DNA of 64,000 bases from a virus. Below, one piece after another: positions 20,701 through 30,585 of the stretch (the stretch's first letter is position 1; the number at the start of each line of letters is the position of its first letter). The translations under genes were made by a program, and so were the position numbers. The notes beneath the pieces were generated by a model, which saw nothing but the letters and a program-made list of their open reading frames with translations, searched no databases and was not told the DNA's origin. The stretch is from IMG/VR virus record IMGVR_UViG_3300033182_000538, positions 1-64,000 of that record; one strand, written 5' to 3'.

Positions 20701-22051
20701 CAATGTTTAACTTTACATTACCCAATGAGCCACTAAACAATTTATCTACTATTTTTTGACTCGTAGGGTATCCACCATCTAATAATGTATTCCAATTTTC
20801 AAATTCACCACTACTTCCTCGATTCGAATCAATATCTACTTGGAAATTTGGGTCAGAGAAAAAGTCTGGTTCTATTTGGTTTGTTAATTCAGAATATACA
20901 ATTATTTTTTCTATATAAGAATTTAATAACTCCAATGATAGCTTTGAAGTATCATTTATATTTACTTCATCTGGTAGTGGTGTGTATAACTTGATTATAG
21001 CCTCATCAATTCGTGTGAAATTGGTGTCTAACGCTCGATATGAAATTTCCATACTCTTACCACCAATTGGAACATAAATACTTGAACCAGGATTAGCGGC
21101 AACGCGTAAACTATCAGATACATCCGATGGTACTTCACTTTCACTTAATGGTCGGTTGTCTCCCTTTTTTATCCAAGACAAAGTGCTGTCAGGATTTTTT
21201 AATAATTTAAATTTATCAAAATTACCAGTAGCTTTAACATAAACTGTAGATGGGCCTGTTGTGAAATTATAATCAGATAAGGTTATCGGATTTTGCCCTC
21301 CTACTACTCCAACCTGAGATATAGCCTCTCCTAAATTTACCTCAACAAATGTTTGATAAGGAGTTTCATTAGTATCGTTACCAAAAAGATTACCTTCAAG
21401 TGCGTTTTGATTTATTGGTAACCATAAAAATTGCCCATTAGTTGAACTCGGATATCTAAGTTTAGCTTGGAAAGTACCACCAATTGGCCCAAAGAAATCC
21501 GCATTTAAAATTGGTACAAGCTTGTTATCACCAAGATTTAAATTTACAGGTAAATGTCTATCGGTACCAGAAAATGTATTTGTTGTAGCATCGAGGCCGG
21601 TTTGTTTTAAAAACAAATCTCTAAATGCACCTAATCCATTTGGATAAGTTGATTGAATTTTAACTTCAGTTCTATCTCCCGATATTTCTGCTATCTTAAC
21701 ATTACCGATGTTATGTAAAAAGTTATAGACTACGCTGTATGTACCACTGTTATACCCAGCGTCTCTAATATCCTTTTCAGGTCTAACACATATTGTGTAT
21801 CCTAATGAAGAGTTACCTTCGGTTTCTATTGGAAGGTCATATGTAGATGATAGTAATGCTTCATCCGCATAGTAATGTCGTTCAACCGCAACTTGTGATA
21901 AATTTGGCAACCCTTCTATGTCGAGTCGTTTTACTCGTGGTAAATTTACGTTATTACCCAGTATAGATAAGTCGCTTGGTGAAAATGTATCACCAAATGT
22001 CGGAGCTTTTGAAAGTACCTCGCTTGTATTTGTAAATCTATCTAAGGGCAT
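17768..22051 (-). CDS. Large baseplate wedge-like protein
   Basis: 1427 aa; LPDIYKSKGT motif (P2 gpI/gp7-like wedge); baseplate context. Confidence 0.65.
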   Translation of the reverse strand: MPLDRFTNTSEVLSKAPTFGDTFSPSDLSILGNNVNLPRVKRLDIEGLPNLSQVAVERHYYADEALLSSTYDLPIETEGNSSLGYTICVRPEKDIRDAGYNSGTYSVVYNFLHNIGNVKIAEISGDRTEVKIQSTYPNGLGAFRDLFLKQTGLDATTNTFSGTDRHLPVNLNLGDNKLVPILNADFFGPIGGTFQAKLRYPSSTNGQFLWLPINQNALEGNLFGNDTNETPYQTFVEVNLGEAISQVGVVGGQNPITLSDYNFTTGPSTVYVKATGNFDKFKLLKNPDSTLSWIKKGDNRPLSESEVPSDVSDSLRVAANPGSSIYVPIGGKSMEISYRALDTNFTRIDEAIIKLYTPLPDEVNINDTSKLSLELLNSYIEKIIVYSELTNQIEPDFFSDPNFQVDIDSNRGSSGEFENWNTLLDGGYPTSQKIVDKLFSGSLGNVKLNIDYSSFDNFVNFSSAKERVENFTYKIKEIEKYDARITLLQGVSGSEALTNISSSIKRRDALIGTFDDFEHWMYYSNDNTFYTHYSSSAYSIQPYPKVSRDPHTLYDFTSADAQTWYTGTIESASVYDATNQNRLSRIIPVNIQEDEKNIEYSLFVDMLGQHFDIYWNYIKAITSINDREEHPLDGISNDLLEYVASSMGWKLYNGYSDRSLWQYELGLESNGSPLQSGSLYSKPTKQIVEETWRRLVNNLPDIYKSKGTARSFKTLVASYGVPQTFLKIREYGGPRIQDDKNEYEHERFVYKLQASPSKYISNPWDDIQSDRPDSIEVIGKLPKQNYHILRLNSTGGNIDCYWDYNSGDQTARIRATWPNGAISSSYVPYVNRREVVFTLNSSSIDIRAAWVDDWGRLLGNPTASKSGNDSDFQSVWSANGTVRVPGPTTDGNVNSYETASIQEIRYYRDGITNEIIEAHAKNREAYFSDDNTTDLDIDTSYDKLMYRIFPDSSFTTNTSSISSIHPNQKFTASDSGLVLSASLINMKPLDLVGEVDTQFVTIPSVGALNLSNKKVRIESSSLRGSLQFDKSNELSQYDFASTDSNLLGTYFSTTDTINFDIYASEGYFEADDLIGDTDVRNIDGYDDLDYRARNYFQKYTSGTALDLIMDILSRYDMSIFDSMKQLVPARADWHKGILIEPHVFERNNYKRPDTITYTQNQYDNEPAPISVLNVITGSYLTYTSSIEKDAFAASIYKYTDIQRLSSSGEYFTDTNPYWEYSPTGSHILDSRLSRYYLEPKYFWSTEESASMGVEFANSASFHLAQIQDTRLSLAMENLIYNGCKVTSDSLTTDSLDTPDGEPAIVVTTVDPNTLIYNTTTTGVGVGSGGGAGSGRGGGKRPKTVEQIRSTPAQDLVAVQQYIKQNEDNDTISKATDRQSESSILKSTPVFSKSRTNPPEVRPVPNPDNLRQVINQQLRKRQRRRSRF

Positions 22052-22619
22052 TCTTTAAATCCATATAGTTACCATTATAAATATTTTCTCTCATTCTTTT
22101 TCTGACTTTTGATGTCGTATAATAATCATACCCTTCTATTTCAAATAAACCGGGAATTATTTTAGTAACATTTAAAGATTCAGGAAGTAACCTTCGTTCT
22201 AATGTAATTCCATTACGAGTCTTTACACTGTAGTTGTGATTTTTGACTCTTTTAAATTTGTTCAACTTTGATGGTCTATCACATTTTTTTCTAAGTCCAA
22301 GGTGTTCAGCCCACAAGGTTTCACAACTCCACTTTATATCTACAAACATTTTGGATTGAAACCCAAGTACCATAGCGGTATCCATAATGTTTTTTAACTT
22401 GTATGGGTCTTTGATTTCATTTCTTAAAACAATATCAACATCCATAGTTTGAATATTAGCCCCATACATATTTTCGGCGAAAGACCCTACTAAATAACAT
22501 TTATAGTCCGATAAATCTACCGATGAATTGAACTTATTCCACCAACCTATAAATCTATCTTTCCTTGGGGCTTCCCAAGGAGTAGTTGTTTCAATATCAC
22601 CGATTCTAAAGTAAAACAT
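22038..22619 (-). CDS. Pol-beta-superfamily nucleotidyltransferase-like protein
   Basis: YLVGSFA...MDVDIVL...FVDIK (GS + DxD + D). Confidence 0.6.
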   Translation of the reverse strand: MFYFRIGDIETTTPWEAPRKDRFIGWWNKFNSSVDLSDYKCYLVGSFAENMYGANIQTMDVDIVLRNEIKDPYKLKNIMDTAMVLGFQSKMFVDIKWSCETLWAEHLGLRKKCDRPSKLNKFKRVKNHNYSVKTRNGITLERRLLPESLNVTKIIPGLFEIEGYDYYTTSKVRKRMRENIYNGNYMDLKNALR

Positions 22620-22632
22620 CTTTTATCCGTTT

Positions 22633-23100
22633 TTAATAAAAATTACCATAGAAGCTGTCATAACTATCTCCGTTATACCAACCACCAGAACCACCACCAG
22701 TAGCTCCACCGCCAGATGGGCTACCCGTAGAACCTCCGCCGGTGTTGTTACCACCACTTGGATTTCCTGCGGCACCATCACCCGAACTTTGCGCTGTAAT
22801 AATTTCTACTCCCACATTGAATGTACTTATAACATTTACATTCGACCCTACGTTTGGAAACTGAAATGACAATTCAGAAAAATTAGTTTCAAAGTTATTG
22901 ACAATATCGTTTCTACTAAATCGTTCTACAACTGTTGGGCCATTTTCACCGGTATCCATATACACCTTACCATATTCAGGCGTATCTACCGTAGAATCGG
23001 TAGACGCTGGTATTGTATATGATACAATTTGCCCTCTAATGTTTCGTGTTATTTCTCTACGAATTGGTGTACCCGTACTTGTATTTGTGTCTACAGCCAT
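22633..23100 (-). CDS. Hypothetical virion protein, Gly-rich C-terminus
   Basis: ORF in structural operon. Confidence 0.6.
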   Translation of the reverse strand: MAVDTNTSTGTPIRREITRNIRGQIVSYTIPASTDSTVDTPEYGKVYMDTGENGPTVVERFSRNDIVNNFETNFSELSFQFPNVGSNVNVISTFNVGVEIITAQSSGDGAAGNPSGGNNTGGGSTGSPSGGGATGGGSGGWYNGDSYDSFYGNFY

Positions 23101-25190
23101 TATCTAACTACCTTAAAAAAGAAATTATCATCAAAGTATCGAGTTGTTCCATTTTGGTCAACTCTAAATATAAACTTGTAAAATCTTTCAGGTTGTAATC
23201 CGTTAAACCAAAATTTAAAATAGTTACCTTCAGAATCACAACTTAATTTAGTATAATTAGTATCGAATGGAATAATTACTTGTTCCGTTTCAGCATCAAC
23301 TACCGAGTAATATGTGGTAGTTGGTAAGTATTTTACCAACGTATAATTTGATGTAGTTGAGAATGTTCTTGCTGGGAATCTTTCTCTACCAAATACTCTA
23401 ATCTTACCTTTAGATGATTCTTTGTACTCAGTTCCAAGATTCTTAACATATAGAATTATATCATCAGAATCTAATGCGTCTAATGAACCTGTAACGAATG
23501 ATGAATCATCCCAACGAACTTCTAATACTGGTGGGTAGATTGTATTTGTATCTGAAGAGAAAAACTTGATTGAACCAAACTTAGTTGTTGATTGTTCATC
23601 AGTTTTAGATTTCTTAATAATAAATCCATTGTTAGTTCTTGTACCATCAATCCACTCACTAACATAATCAGTAACTTCTACATTAAGGTCATCCGTATAT
23701 TTTGTGAATGATTGTTTGTAGTGTCTACCATTAGCAAACGAAGCGGTGTACCAAGTACCACCACCTGTTGTTTTAGCCCAATGAGCATCGTAATCAAAAT
23801 CAGTATATCTTGCGTCAGATGAAACATCGAATGAAGATACTTTAAAGTTATCTAATGAACCACTAAAATCACCACTACCACTACCAAAGATTGTAAATCT
23901 AAAGTTGTGGATTCCATCTTGTTGTGCTGTAAAGAATACTGATACGTTTTGTGATGATGTTAATGCTGATACATATGAGCTTTGTAAATATTCAGATGAA
24001 TCTAATATTCTACCATCTGGCTCTTGAATATCAAAAACAATACCTTTAGCATCACCCTCAGCCGATTGTGTGTGAATTGTACCGGGGTCGATTGCAAAGC
24101 TAGCCGTGTATACAGCATCTTCTTGTAATGTTACTTTACGATTTAATGTAGACCCACCAAAGTTAGAAGCTGACATTATTAGTTTGAAGTCTCTAACTAC
24201 TTGACTCTCTTGTGAATTACCTTGATTTAAAATTCTATTATTTACAACATATGTACTTGGTATGTCACCATCAATATTAAATTGGTCATATACAATTACT
24301 TCAGGACCTAATACTGAGTAAATAAAGAAGTTATCCAATGACCCAACCGAACCATCCGCACCATTGTTGTCAAAGTATGTGAACTGAATTTTATGTACAT
24401 CATTGTCACCAACAGCAGCTGAACCGCTGAATGTCATTTTGTATGACCTATCACCCTCAAGAGTATCAAAGTATCCTGTTACTTCGGAGTCATCATAATA
24501 AGAACCATCTGGTTTATATACTCTAAAGTCTATACCAGATAATGTTAATTTATTTGCTTCAAATTCTAAAGTATACACTACATCCTCTTGTAAAGATGCT
24601 GATAGATTGGCGGTAGCACCTCCATAGTTGGATGCTGATAATATTAATAATCCACCACTTACAGCTAAAGAAGGAGATTCATTTTGAGTCCCGTTTATAG
24701 GTTCTACCATTTCAAATCCACCTACATTAGCAGCAAAATTATAGTACGCTTCTAAGGCAGGAATTTGTGATGGGTCAGTTGGTCTATCAACTGTAGCGTT
24801 TGTTGTATCCCAAGCATCTGATAAACTTCTACTTACCCAACTAACGTGTTCGGTATTATGTGGCGTGTCTGCTTCAGACCCAAGACCCTCAGTAAATCCT
24901 TGATATAATGGATATACATATAAATCATAGTTAGATGAGATTTGATTACTTTCTATATTCTCTAATCGTAATCTATATTGTGGTGATGTAATATCGCCAG
25001 ATACAATAGATTGTGAGATTGATGATAAATCAAACTCAACCACAGCCCTACTATTACCCAATAGAGTAGTATTATCGGTATCATAGAATTTACCGATTTC
25101 GAGAATCTCATCTTTACCCGTGTTTTGTAACTTACGAGATGAGTCTTCGTATAAGGTTGCGTCTTTACTTGGATATATTCTATAAATCAT
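23100..25190 (-). CDS. Virion protein with DNRLRE-like ends and two internal carbohydrate-binding-like repeats
   Basis: YPSKDATLYE, NNGFIIK, FFSSDT, PVLEV; duplicated internal unit (SASN.GG...LQED.VYT...GSLDNF). Confidence 0.6.
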   Translation of the reverse strand: MIYRIYPSKDATLYEDSSRKLQNTGKDEILEIGKFYDTDNTTLLGNSRAVVEFDLSSISQSIVSGDITSPQYRLRLENIESNQISSNYDLYVYPLYQGFTEGLGSEADTPHNTEHVSWVSRSLSDAWDTTNATVDRPTDPSQIPALEAYYNFAANVGGFEMVEPINGTQNESPSLAVSGGLLILSASNYGGATANLSASLQEDVVYTLEFEANKLTLSGIDFRVYKPDGSYYDDSEVTGYFDTLEGDRSYKMTFSGSAAVGDNDVHKIQFTYFDNNGADGSVGSLDNFFIYSVLGPEVIVYDQFNIDGDIPSTYVVNNRILNQGNSQESQVVRDFKLIMSASNFGGSTLNRKVTLQEDAVYTASFAIDPGTIHTQSAEGDAKGIVFDIQEPDGRILDSSEYLQSSYVSALTSSQNVSVFFTAQQDGIHNFRFTIFGSGSGDFSGSLDNFKVSSFDVSSDARYTDFDYDAHWAKTTGGGTWYTASFANGRHYKQSFTKYTDDLNVEVTDYVSEWIDGTRTNNGFIIKKSKTDEQSTTKFGSIKFFSSDTNTIYPPVLEVRWDDSSFVTGSLDALDSDDIILYVKNLGTEYKESSKGKIRVFGRERFPARTFSTTSNYTLVKYLPTTTYYSVVDAETEQVIIPFDTNYTKLSCDSEGNYFKFWFNGLQPERFYKFIFRVDQNGTTRYFDDNFFFKVVR

Positions 25191-25199
25191 AATCTACCT

Positions 25200-27113
25200 T
25201 TAAAATAACGGAACTACTCTACCTCTAATATCTGTATCAGGATATTTGATTTCAAATAAAGATGGGTCTTTTGGTGGGTAAACTACTCCGTTCTTTGTAG
25301 CCGTTTTCATATCGTATCTATGTTTTGAATATGTTCCACCATATTTGTTTACAATTTGTAAACCACCAAGACCATCACTATTAGGTCTAACCACGGATTG
25401 AACTCCATCAATTTCATCTAACATAACATATATGTCTGATAATAATATTGGTTGGTTTATTTGTCTTTTATCTATACTAAAATAATTTTTTACTTTTTCT
25501 ATACATTTGAGTAATACTTCATTTGAGTTGTAGTTTGGTTTTACAATTATCTCAAAATCAACACCAATGTTTACAATATAACCATTCTTGATATTGATAG
25601 CATCCGTAAGAACTCTATAATATGATAGATAGTTTGCTAAGTTTTGTTTGGTTGCGTTGTTTAGTAATGCTAATTTTTTGTCAGCGTCATATCCCAACAC
25701 ATATAAATTTACAGCTAATGGATTAGCTATTCGGTCATTACCATCATCTAAGAGTGTGTTTATCTGAAAATCAGGAGCGACAAACGCTTTTGCAACAGAC
25801 CCAAACTGAGGTGGCATAGCGTATGCTCTTATAAGATAATCTTCACGAGTTACACTTCTATTTTGTGCACTAAAATATGCTTTAGCGTTTTCTCTAACCT
25901 CTTCCATCTCCTCTTCAAATCGACCACCTCTAGCAGGCGCTTCGTTTGTAACAGCGATAGAAGATACTGAAGAGTCGTATTGTGCGTTGTCTAATCCCGT
26001 GTTTGGAGTTTCTACTACCATCTCAGAAATTTGTGTTAAGTCTTGTGATACCACATTATCAACTACACCATTACTTACTCTATACGTTACAGTTAGTGTT
26101 GTGTTAGCTGGCGCTACTCCATATGTTTTAGAATACATAAAGTTTGATGGGTCTATACCTTGATTGATATCACCCGTTGAATTGTATAACGCTGAACCTA
26201 CGTTGTCGGGATTCGGTAATAACTCTTCATCAGAGTTTGCTGATACACCAGCGCCGAATTGAACTACAATTTCACCATCATCAGTTATCCGTGTTATATA
26301 TCTCTTTGGAACTTTTTTAAGTTTTAAAAGAGCTGGGGTGTCGTTGTTATAAGCTGAATGTTCTAATGAATACTCGGAAGTATTTGGTGTTTCTTCAAAT
26401 ACCGTGTCTTGACCTAAGTAATCAACTTTTGTCCATTCATCACCATCATCGTCTGTAATCTTAATTACATCAATTAACCCATCTTCATCTTGGATTCTAA
26501 TCTTGTCGTATATCTTTGGAGATTCAAATGTAAATTCAGCTGTTCTTTCTTTACCACTAACGGCTTTAACATATTTTTTTAACAAATATTGAATTGGTTC
26601 ATTTGTGTTATCATCGATTTGATATACTGACACCTCAGTTGGGTCGAATGATGATGAATAACTAAATCTCACTTTTTGTGTTGTACTGAATTCAATCTCA
26701 GCATCTGATTCAGCGGTTACCTTCATACCTTCTTTTAAAGTAAGAGCGTATGAGTAATCCGGCCTAACATTATCACCACTACCAACCGCTGGGACTATTT
26801 GGTATACACTTAATGTCGTTGTAGCTGGTACATTAAGTTTGGGTTTGTAACCAAATGCTTGTGCGATTGCAAATATATTCTTTTTCTCTTGAGCTTGCTC
26901 TAAGATAGATTCTCTTAATTGAATATCAGTATAGTATGAAAGAACATCACCAACATATGAGGCAAGTTCAAGAACCATCATACCCGGCGATGATTCATTA
27001 AAATCATTATAGGTTTGTGGGAAATATGTTTTTGTGAAATCAACAAGATTATCTCGGATTTCACCAAAGTCCCTACCTATTAAGTTTACATTCTTTTTTA
27101 TTTTGTCAGCCAT
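25200..27113 (-). CDS. Baseplate wedge subunit (T4 gp6 / baseplate J-like)
   Basis: RDFGEIRDNL, YNDFNESSPG, LASYVGDVLSYY, VQFGAG, AQNRSVTREDY. Confidence 0.88.
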   Translation of the reverse strand: MADKIKKNVNLIGRDFGEIRDNLVDFTKTYFPQTYNDFNESSPGMMVLELASYVGDVLSYYTDIQLRESILEQAQEKKNIFAIAQAFGYKPKLNVPATTTLSVYQIVPAVGSGDNVRPDYSYALTLKEGMKVTAESDAEIEFSTTQKVRFSYSSSFDPTEVSVYQIDDNTNEPIQYLLKKYVKAVSGKERTAEFTFESPKIYDKIRIQDEDGLIDVIKITDDDGDEWTKVDYLGQDTVFEETPNTSEYSLEHSAYNNDTPALLKLKKVPKRYITRITDDGEIVVQFGAGVSANSDEELLPNPDNVGSALYNSTGDINQGIDPSNFMYSKTYGVAPANTTLTVTYRVSNGVVDNVVSQDLTQISEMVVETPNTGLDNAQYDSSVSSIAVTNEAPARGGRFEEEMEEVRENAKAYFSAQNRSVTREDYLIRAYAMPPQFGSVAKAFVAPDFQINTLLDDGNDRIANPLAVNLYVLGYDADKKLALLNNATKQNLANYLSYYRVLTDAINIKNGYIVNIGVDFEIIVKPNYNSNEVLLKCIEKVKNYFSIDKRQINQPILLSDIYVMLDEIDGVQSVVRPNSDGLGGLQIVNKYGGTYSKHRYDMKTATKNGVVYPPKDPSLFEIKYPDTDIRGRVVPLF

Positions 27114-27124
27114 CTTACGCTTCC

Positions 27125-27562
27125 CTATGCTATCGATACACCAGCTTGTTCATCGACATTTAATATAATTATCTGATTTGTTCCACTTTCACCAACTGAA
27201 AAGGTTATTGATACGTTCATTCGGTTTAGGTCTGCCTCTTCCGTAACTGAAATATCTTTTATGTTTATGTATGGTAACCAAAACTTTATGTCTTCTTCCA
27301 AACCAGCTTCCAATCTTCTTAAAAGTGGAATCTCAATATTTTCAAACAACATTGAAGGGATGTCTGTTCCAAACAAAGGTTGGAATGGTCGCTCACCTTT
27401 TCGTGTTAATAATAAATTTTTTAAATTAGATAATGCTTGTTCTTCAGTTGTGTAAGTACTGCTGAAAATAGGAACACCCCCCAAAGGAAACGGAATTCCA
27501 ATTGCCGTATTCTTTTGTAGGTCTAACGGATTAATTCTCTTACTTACACGTTGTCTAGCCAT
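27125..27562 (-). CDS. Baseplate gp25-like protein
   Basis: NLKNLLLTRKGERPFQPLFGT...LFE motif. Confidence 0.9.
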   Translation of the reverse strand: MARQRVSKRINPLDLQKNTAIGIPFPLGGVPIFSSTYTTEEQALSNLKNLLLTRKGERPFQPLFGTDIPSMLFENIEIPLLRRLEAGLEEDIKFWLPYINIKDISVTEEADLNRMNVSITFSVGESGTNQIIILNVDEQAGVSIA

Positions 27563-28032
27563 TATTTACCTTTTTTAGTATTTATAGCTTTCATTAAACC
27601 AGAGTAATCTCTTGTTAATGCGCTAACTACTGCCTGACCGGCTTCCGTTTTTTGTAACTCTTGTGTAGATACTTGTCCACCTTCAGGCGTTTGTAATACT
27701 GAAGATTGTGGGTTCATCATACTACCAAATCCTTGAGCGTGTGATGAGTTGAATACTCTTGGCCCACCATCCAGATTTCTCCACTCACCACTTTGGGCAG
27801 TTTCGTTTAACATAGTATTTAACATACTGTTTTTGGTAAACGACTTTTGTTCTTTTCTTTGTTCAAAGATGTGGTCTACATCAAGCGGGTCTTTTTCAAC
27901 AACTTTTGGTTGTGATTGTTTAACTTCTTTAAGGATAGATTCACGAATAGCCTTCTCACGTTTAGCTACTTCCTTCTTCACTTCTTCCTTAATAATAAGT
28001 TGAATTGCTTTTATTAGTTTCTTTGTATCCAT
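27562..28032 (-). CDS. Hypothetical protein (IIKEE / LNETA sites)
   Basis: ORF; late-type motif immediately upstream. Confidence 0.7.
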   Translation of the reverse strand: MDTKKLIKAIQLIIKEEVKKEVAKREKAIRESILKEVKQSQPKVVEKDPLDVDHIFEQRKEQKSFTKNSMLNTMLNETAQSGEWRNLDGGPRVFNSSHAQGFGSMMNPQSSVLQTPEGGQVSTQELQKTEAGQAVVSALTRDYSGLMKAINTKKGK

Positions 28033-28076
28033 AGTTATAAATATTATTTATCTATAATTATCTAATTAATTAATAA

Positions 28077-28556
28077 TTAACTCCAAGGTAATAACGTAGT
28101 ACCTATTGTGTAAGTACCAGTTCTCATATAAATGTCCACCGCATTTGAAAATTTAGTAGCAAATTGTTCTCTTGAGTTTGGTATGGGTCGTTGTGGCGTT
28201 CCCCATATCGATATTAATGATACCTTTAAAGCCGCTAATCCGGCGGGTGGAGTTGCGGCTGTTGCTCCTGCTGCTATCATACCTGCTGGGAATTGTGCCG
28301 TATATGCTGCTAACCAATTAGCGAAATTTATCATAAAATAACCATTACTCGCTGGAGGTATTCTACTCAGTCTTAAATTGGCTCTAAACGATTCATCCAT
28401 CGGAGGTTTACCATTTACAGCATATATGATTGGATTACTATATGTGATTATAGCCTCACCAATAGTTTCTGCTGCGGAGTCATATACTTTACCACCATCC
28501 ACTTGATTAAAGTATCTTAGTATTTCACTTTTTAATAAAGATTTTACTAAAGGCAT
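28077..28556 (-). CDS. Hypothetical virion-associated protein
   Basis: ORF following the spike gene. Confidence 0.6.
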   Translation of the reverse strand: MPLVKSLLKSEILRYFNQVDGGKVYDSAAETIGEAIITYSNPIIYAVNGKPPMDESFRANLRLSRIPPASNGYFMINFANWLAAYTAQFPAGMIAAGATAATPPAGLAALKVSLISIWGTPQRPIPNSREQFATKFSNAVDIYMRTGTYTIGTTLLPWS

Positions 28557-28563
28557 CAGACTC

Positions 28564-29514
28564 CTATTGTGATATTTTTTGTTTTAATGCTTTAACTTTA
28601 GTAACAGCAGGCGCTAATGGGCCCGTAGGGCCAACTGGAGTTGGGTATTTACCATTAGCGATTGTTTCAAGAATATCCAATAGGTCATCCAAGTATGAAT
28701 TTAATGCTACCTTATAATCTGATGTGGATAACCCAATATCACTTTTTGATGATAGTATCACCGAATCAGTTTTGGAGTTTATAGCAACTTGTTCAGAGTT
28801 AAGTATAATCTGAGAACCTTGGTATGTTGATGCTGGTGTTAATCCGCTACCAAGATTTGATGTGGATAAATTTACTTTTTGACCAGATGTAAGATATATT
28901 GATGAATCATCATCGTTAACATCTTCTATCACAAACTTGTTCCAACCGCTTGAGTTTTGTGTATTTCTAATAATAGTGATTGGTGATGTGGGGTCTCCTT
29001 TCCAAGAAGGTGATTGTGTGGTTTTTGAATTTGATGGAGTGTATCCTAATCTGATTGATTGTCCAAATCTACCCTCTATCAACACATCACCACTAAATGG
29101 TTGTAACGCAGATACATCCTTTACCTCTTCAAATCCAAAGTCAAACTTAAATGGTGTATCTGTATTTGATTCTGGATTTCCAGCTCCAGCCGATTGATAG
29201 TCAGATGCCCCAGCAGCACCTTGAAATGGTGTATTTGATTTTGGTAATGCATTGTGGTTTACGTTACGTTGTAACGATACTGAAGATATGTAGTAGTAGT
29301 TTTGACTTCTATGTTTACCAGAAGCGTTTGGTGATTGGTTCTGGACCAAGTATACTAACTCACCTATTACTGGCACCCGTTTGATATTAGTGTCTAATGG
29401 GTACGCTGTTATATCTACGAATGTCTTAGATAAGTTATTTACACTAACAACTATAGCGTGTAGATTATCGCTATCACTATCTTGTAGTTTTACTTCTTTT
29501 ACGAGGCCAACCAT
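28564..29514 (-). CDS. Baseplate hub/central spike (gp5-like, no lysozyme domain)
   Basis: OB-fold-like PVIGELV, GDVLIEGRFGQSIRLG, beta-helix-like C-terminus, PTPVGPT. Confidence 0.7.
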   Translation of the reverse strand: MVGLVKEVKLQDSDSDNLHAIVVSVNNLSKTFVDITAYPLDTNIKRVPVIGELVYLVQNQSPNASGKHRSQNYYYISSVSLQRNVNHNALPKSNTPFQGAAGASDYQSAGAGNPESNTDTPFKFDFGFEEVKDVSALQPFSGDVLIEGRFGQSIRLGYTPSNSKTTQSPSWKGDPTSPITIIRNTQNSSGWNKFVIEDVNDDDSSIYLTSGQKVNLSTSNLGSGLTPASTYQGSQIILNSEQVAINSKTDSVILSSKSDIGLSTSDYKVALNSYLDDLLDILETIANGKYPTPVGPTGPLAPAVTKVKALKQKISQ

Positions 29515-29876
29515 TATTCCTCATCTCCATCTTTATTTGGTAAGTCTTTTTCAACTTCATCAATAGCATCCATCAATTGGCGCTTTTCTTCTTCAGATAA
29601 CATAAATCCACCACCTTCAGCGGTGTTGTTATCTTTCATCATTCTTTGAACAATAGCGGCCAGTTTGATTAGGGCATCATCGTTCTTTACGGATATCTCA
29701 AGATATTCCTTTATTAATGGAACAACTACTGACGCATCATTTAGATTCTTAACCATTGGTTCAAGTTGAGCTATCAGTAGTTTTATTTGTCGGTCTTTCT
29801 TTTTTTGATTCGAGTAGATGTCAGACATCAAACTTGAAAAAGATTTACCTTTGAAAATTTCATCATCTTTAGTCAT
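29514..29876 (-). CDS. Conserved hypothetical protein
   Basis: ORF in operon. Confidence 0.7.
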   Translation of the reverse strand: MTKDDEIFKGKSFSSLMSDIYSNQKKKDRQIKLLIAQLEPMVKNLNDASVVVPLIKEYLEISVKNDDALIKLAAIVQRMMKDNNTAEGGGFMLSEEEKRQLMDAIDEVEKDLPNKDGDEE

Positions 29877-30585
29877 CGAATTCCTCTATCCTATGATTCA
29901 GTTTTAAAAATCCATCAACTGAGTAATCGGTGTATAGTTCTCTGTACAATATTTTTAACTTACCAATAACTTTTGTTATGTATTGAGTTTGTACACCAGT
30001 TCTCTCTCTAATAAGTATGTAAAGAGCCTTTTTGTTGTACGAATACAAATCTTGTCGAGTTCTAAATAACTCATTCACAGCATCAGCAATTTTTTGGTCT
30101 CTATCTTTTGCAAACAACTTATATAGATTGGCATCAATGTATCTTACATAATAATCAAAAAAATCTGAAACACCATCTCTTACTTGTTTATCGTAAACTT
30201 CATTTGTTATGTTACGAGTTGTATCAATGTAATTAACATCGGTTTTTTGTTTCATTCTCTGATAGTTCTGATTGTTCTCGTTGAATAAGTAGTTTCTTGC
30301 TACTACCGTAAAATACGAAAACGCTCTACCATTGGCTCCATTAAATTTATGAATCTTTTGATTTAGAAAAGCTACAACATTGGCTTTGACATCATCATAT
30401 GGTACATCAAAGTAATATGTTTTATAAGTGTGAATTACATTCTCAGCAAGTTTATCAAATGGTTTGTGAATGAATCTATTATAAATTTTATTTTTAAGTT
30501 TTTGGTCATCACAACTATTGTATGCGTTTATAGCAATCTCAGTAATTTTTGTGAAGTACCTTTTTTTAGTTCTCTTCCTTGGCAT
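29869..30585 (-). CDS. Late-transcription sigma factor (T4 gp55-like)
   Basis: KRYFT...AI and KFN...GRAFSYFTVVARNY resemble gp55 region 2; lies next to the structural module. Confidence 0.7.
   Translation of the reverse strand: MPRKRTKKRYFTKITEIAINAYNSCDDQKLKNKIYNRFIHKPFDKLAENVIHTYKTYYFDVPYDDVKANVVAFLNQKIHKFNGANGRAFSYFTVVARNYLFNENNQNYQRMKQKTDVNYIDTTRNITNEVYDKQVRDGVSDFFDYYVRYIDANLYKLFAKDRDQKIADAVNELFRTRQDLYSYNKKALYILIRERTGVQTQYITKVIGKLKILYRELYTDYSVDGFLKLNHRIEEFDD

Noticed and set aside
16900-22800. Gly-rich tracts as collagen-like repeats
   Set aside because: No Gly-X-Y periodicity; they are low-complexity linkers
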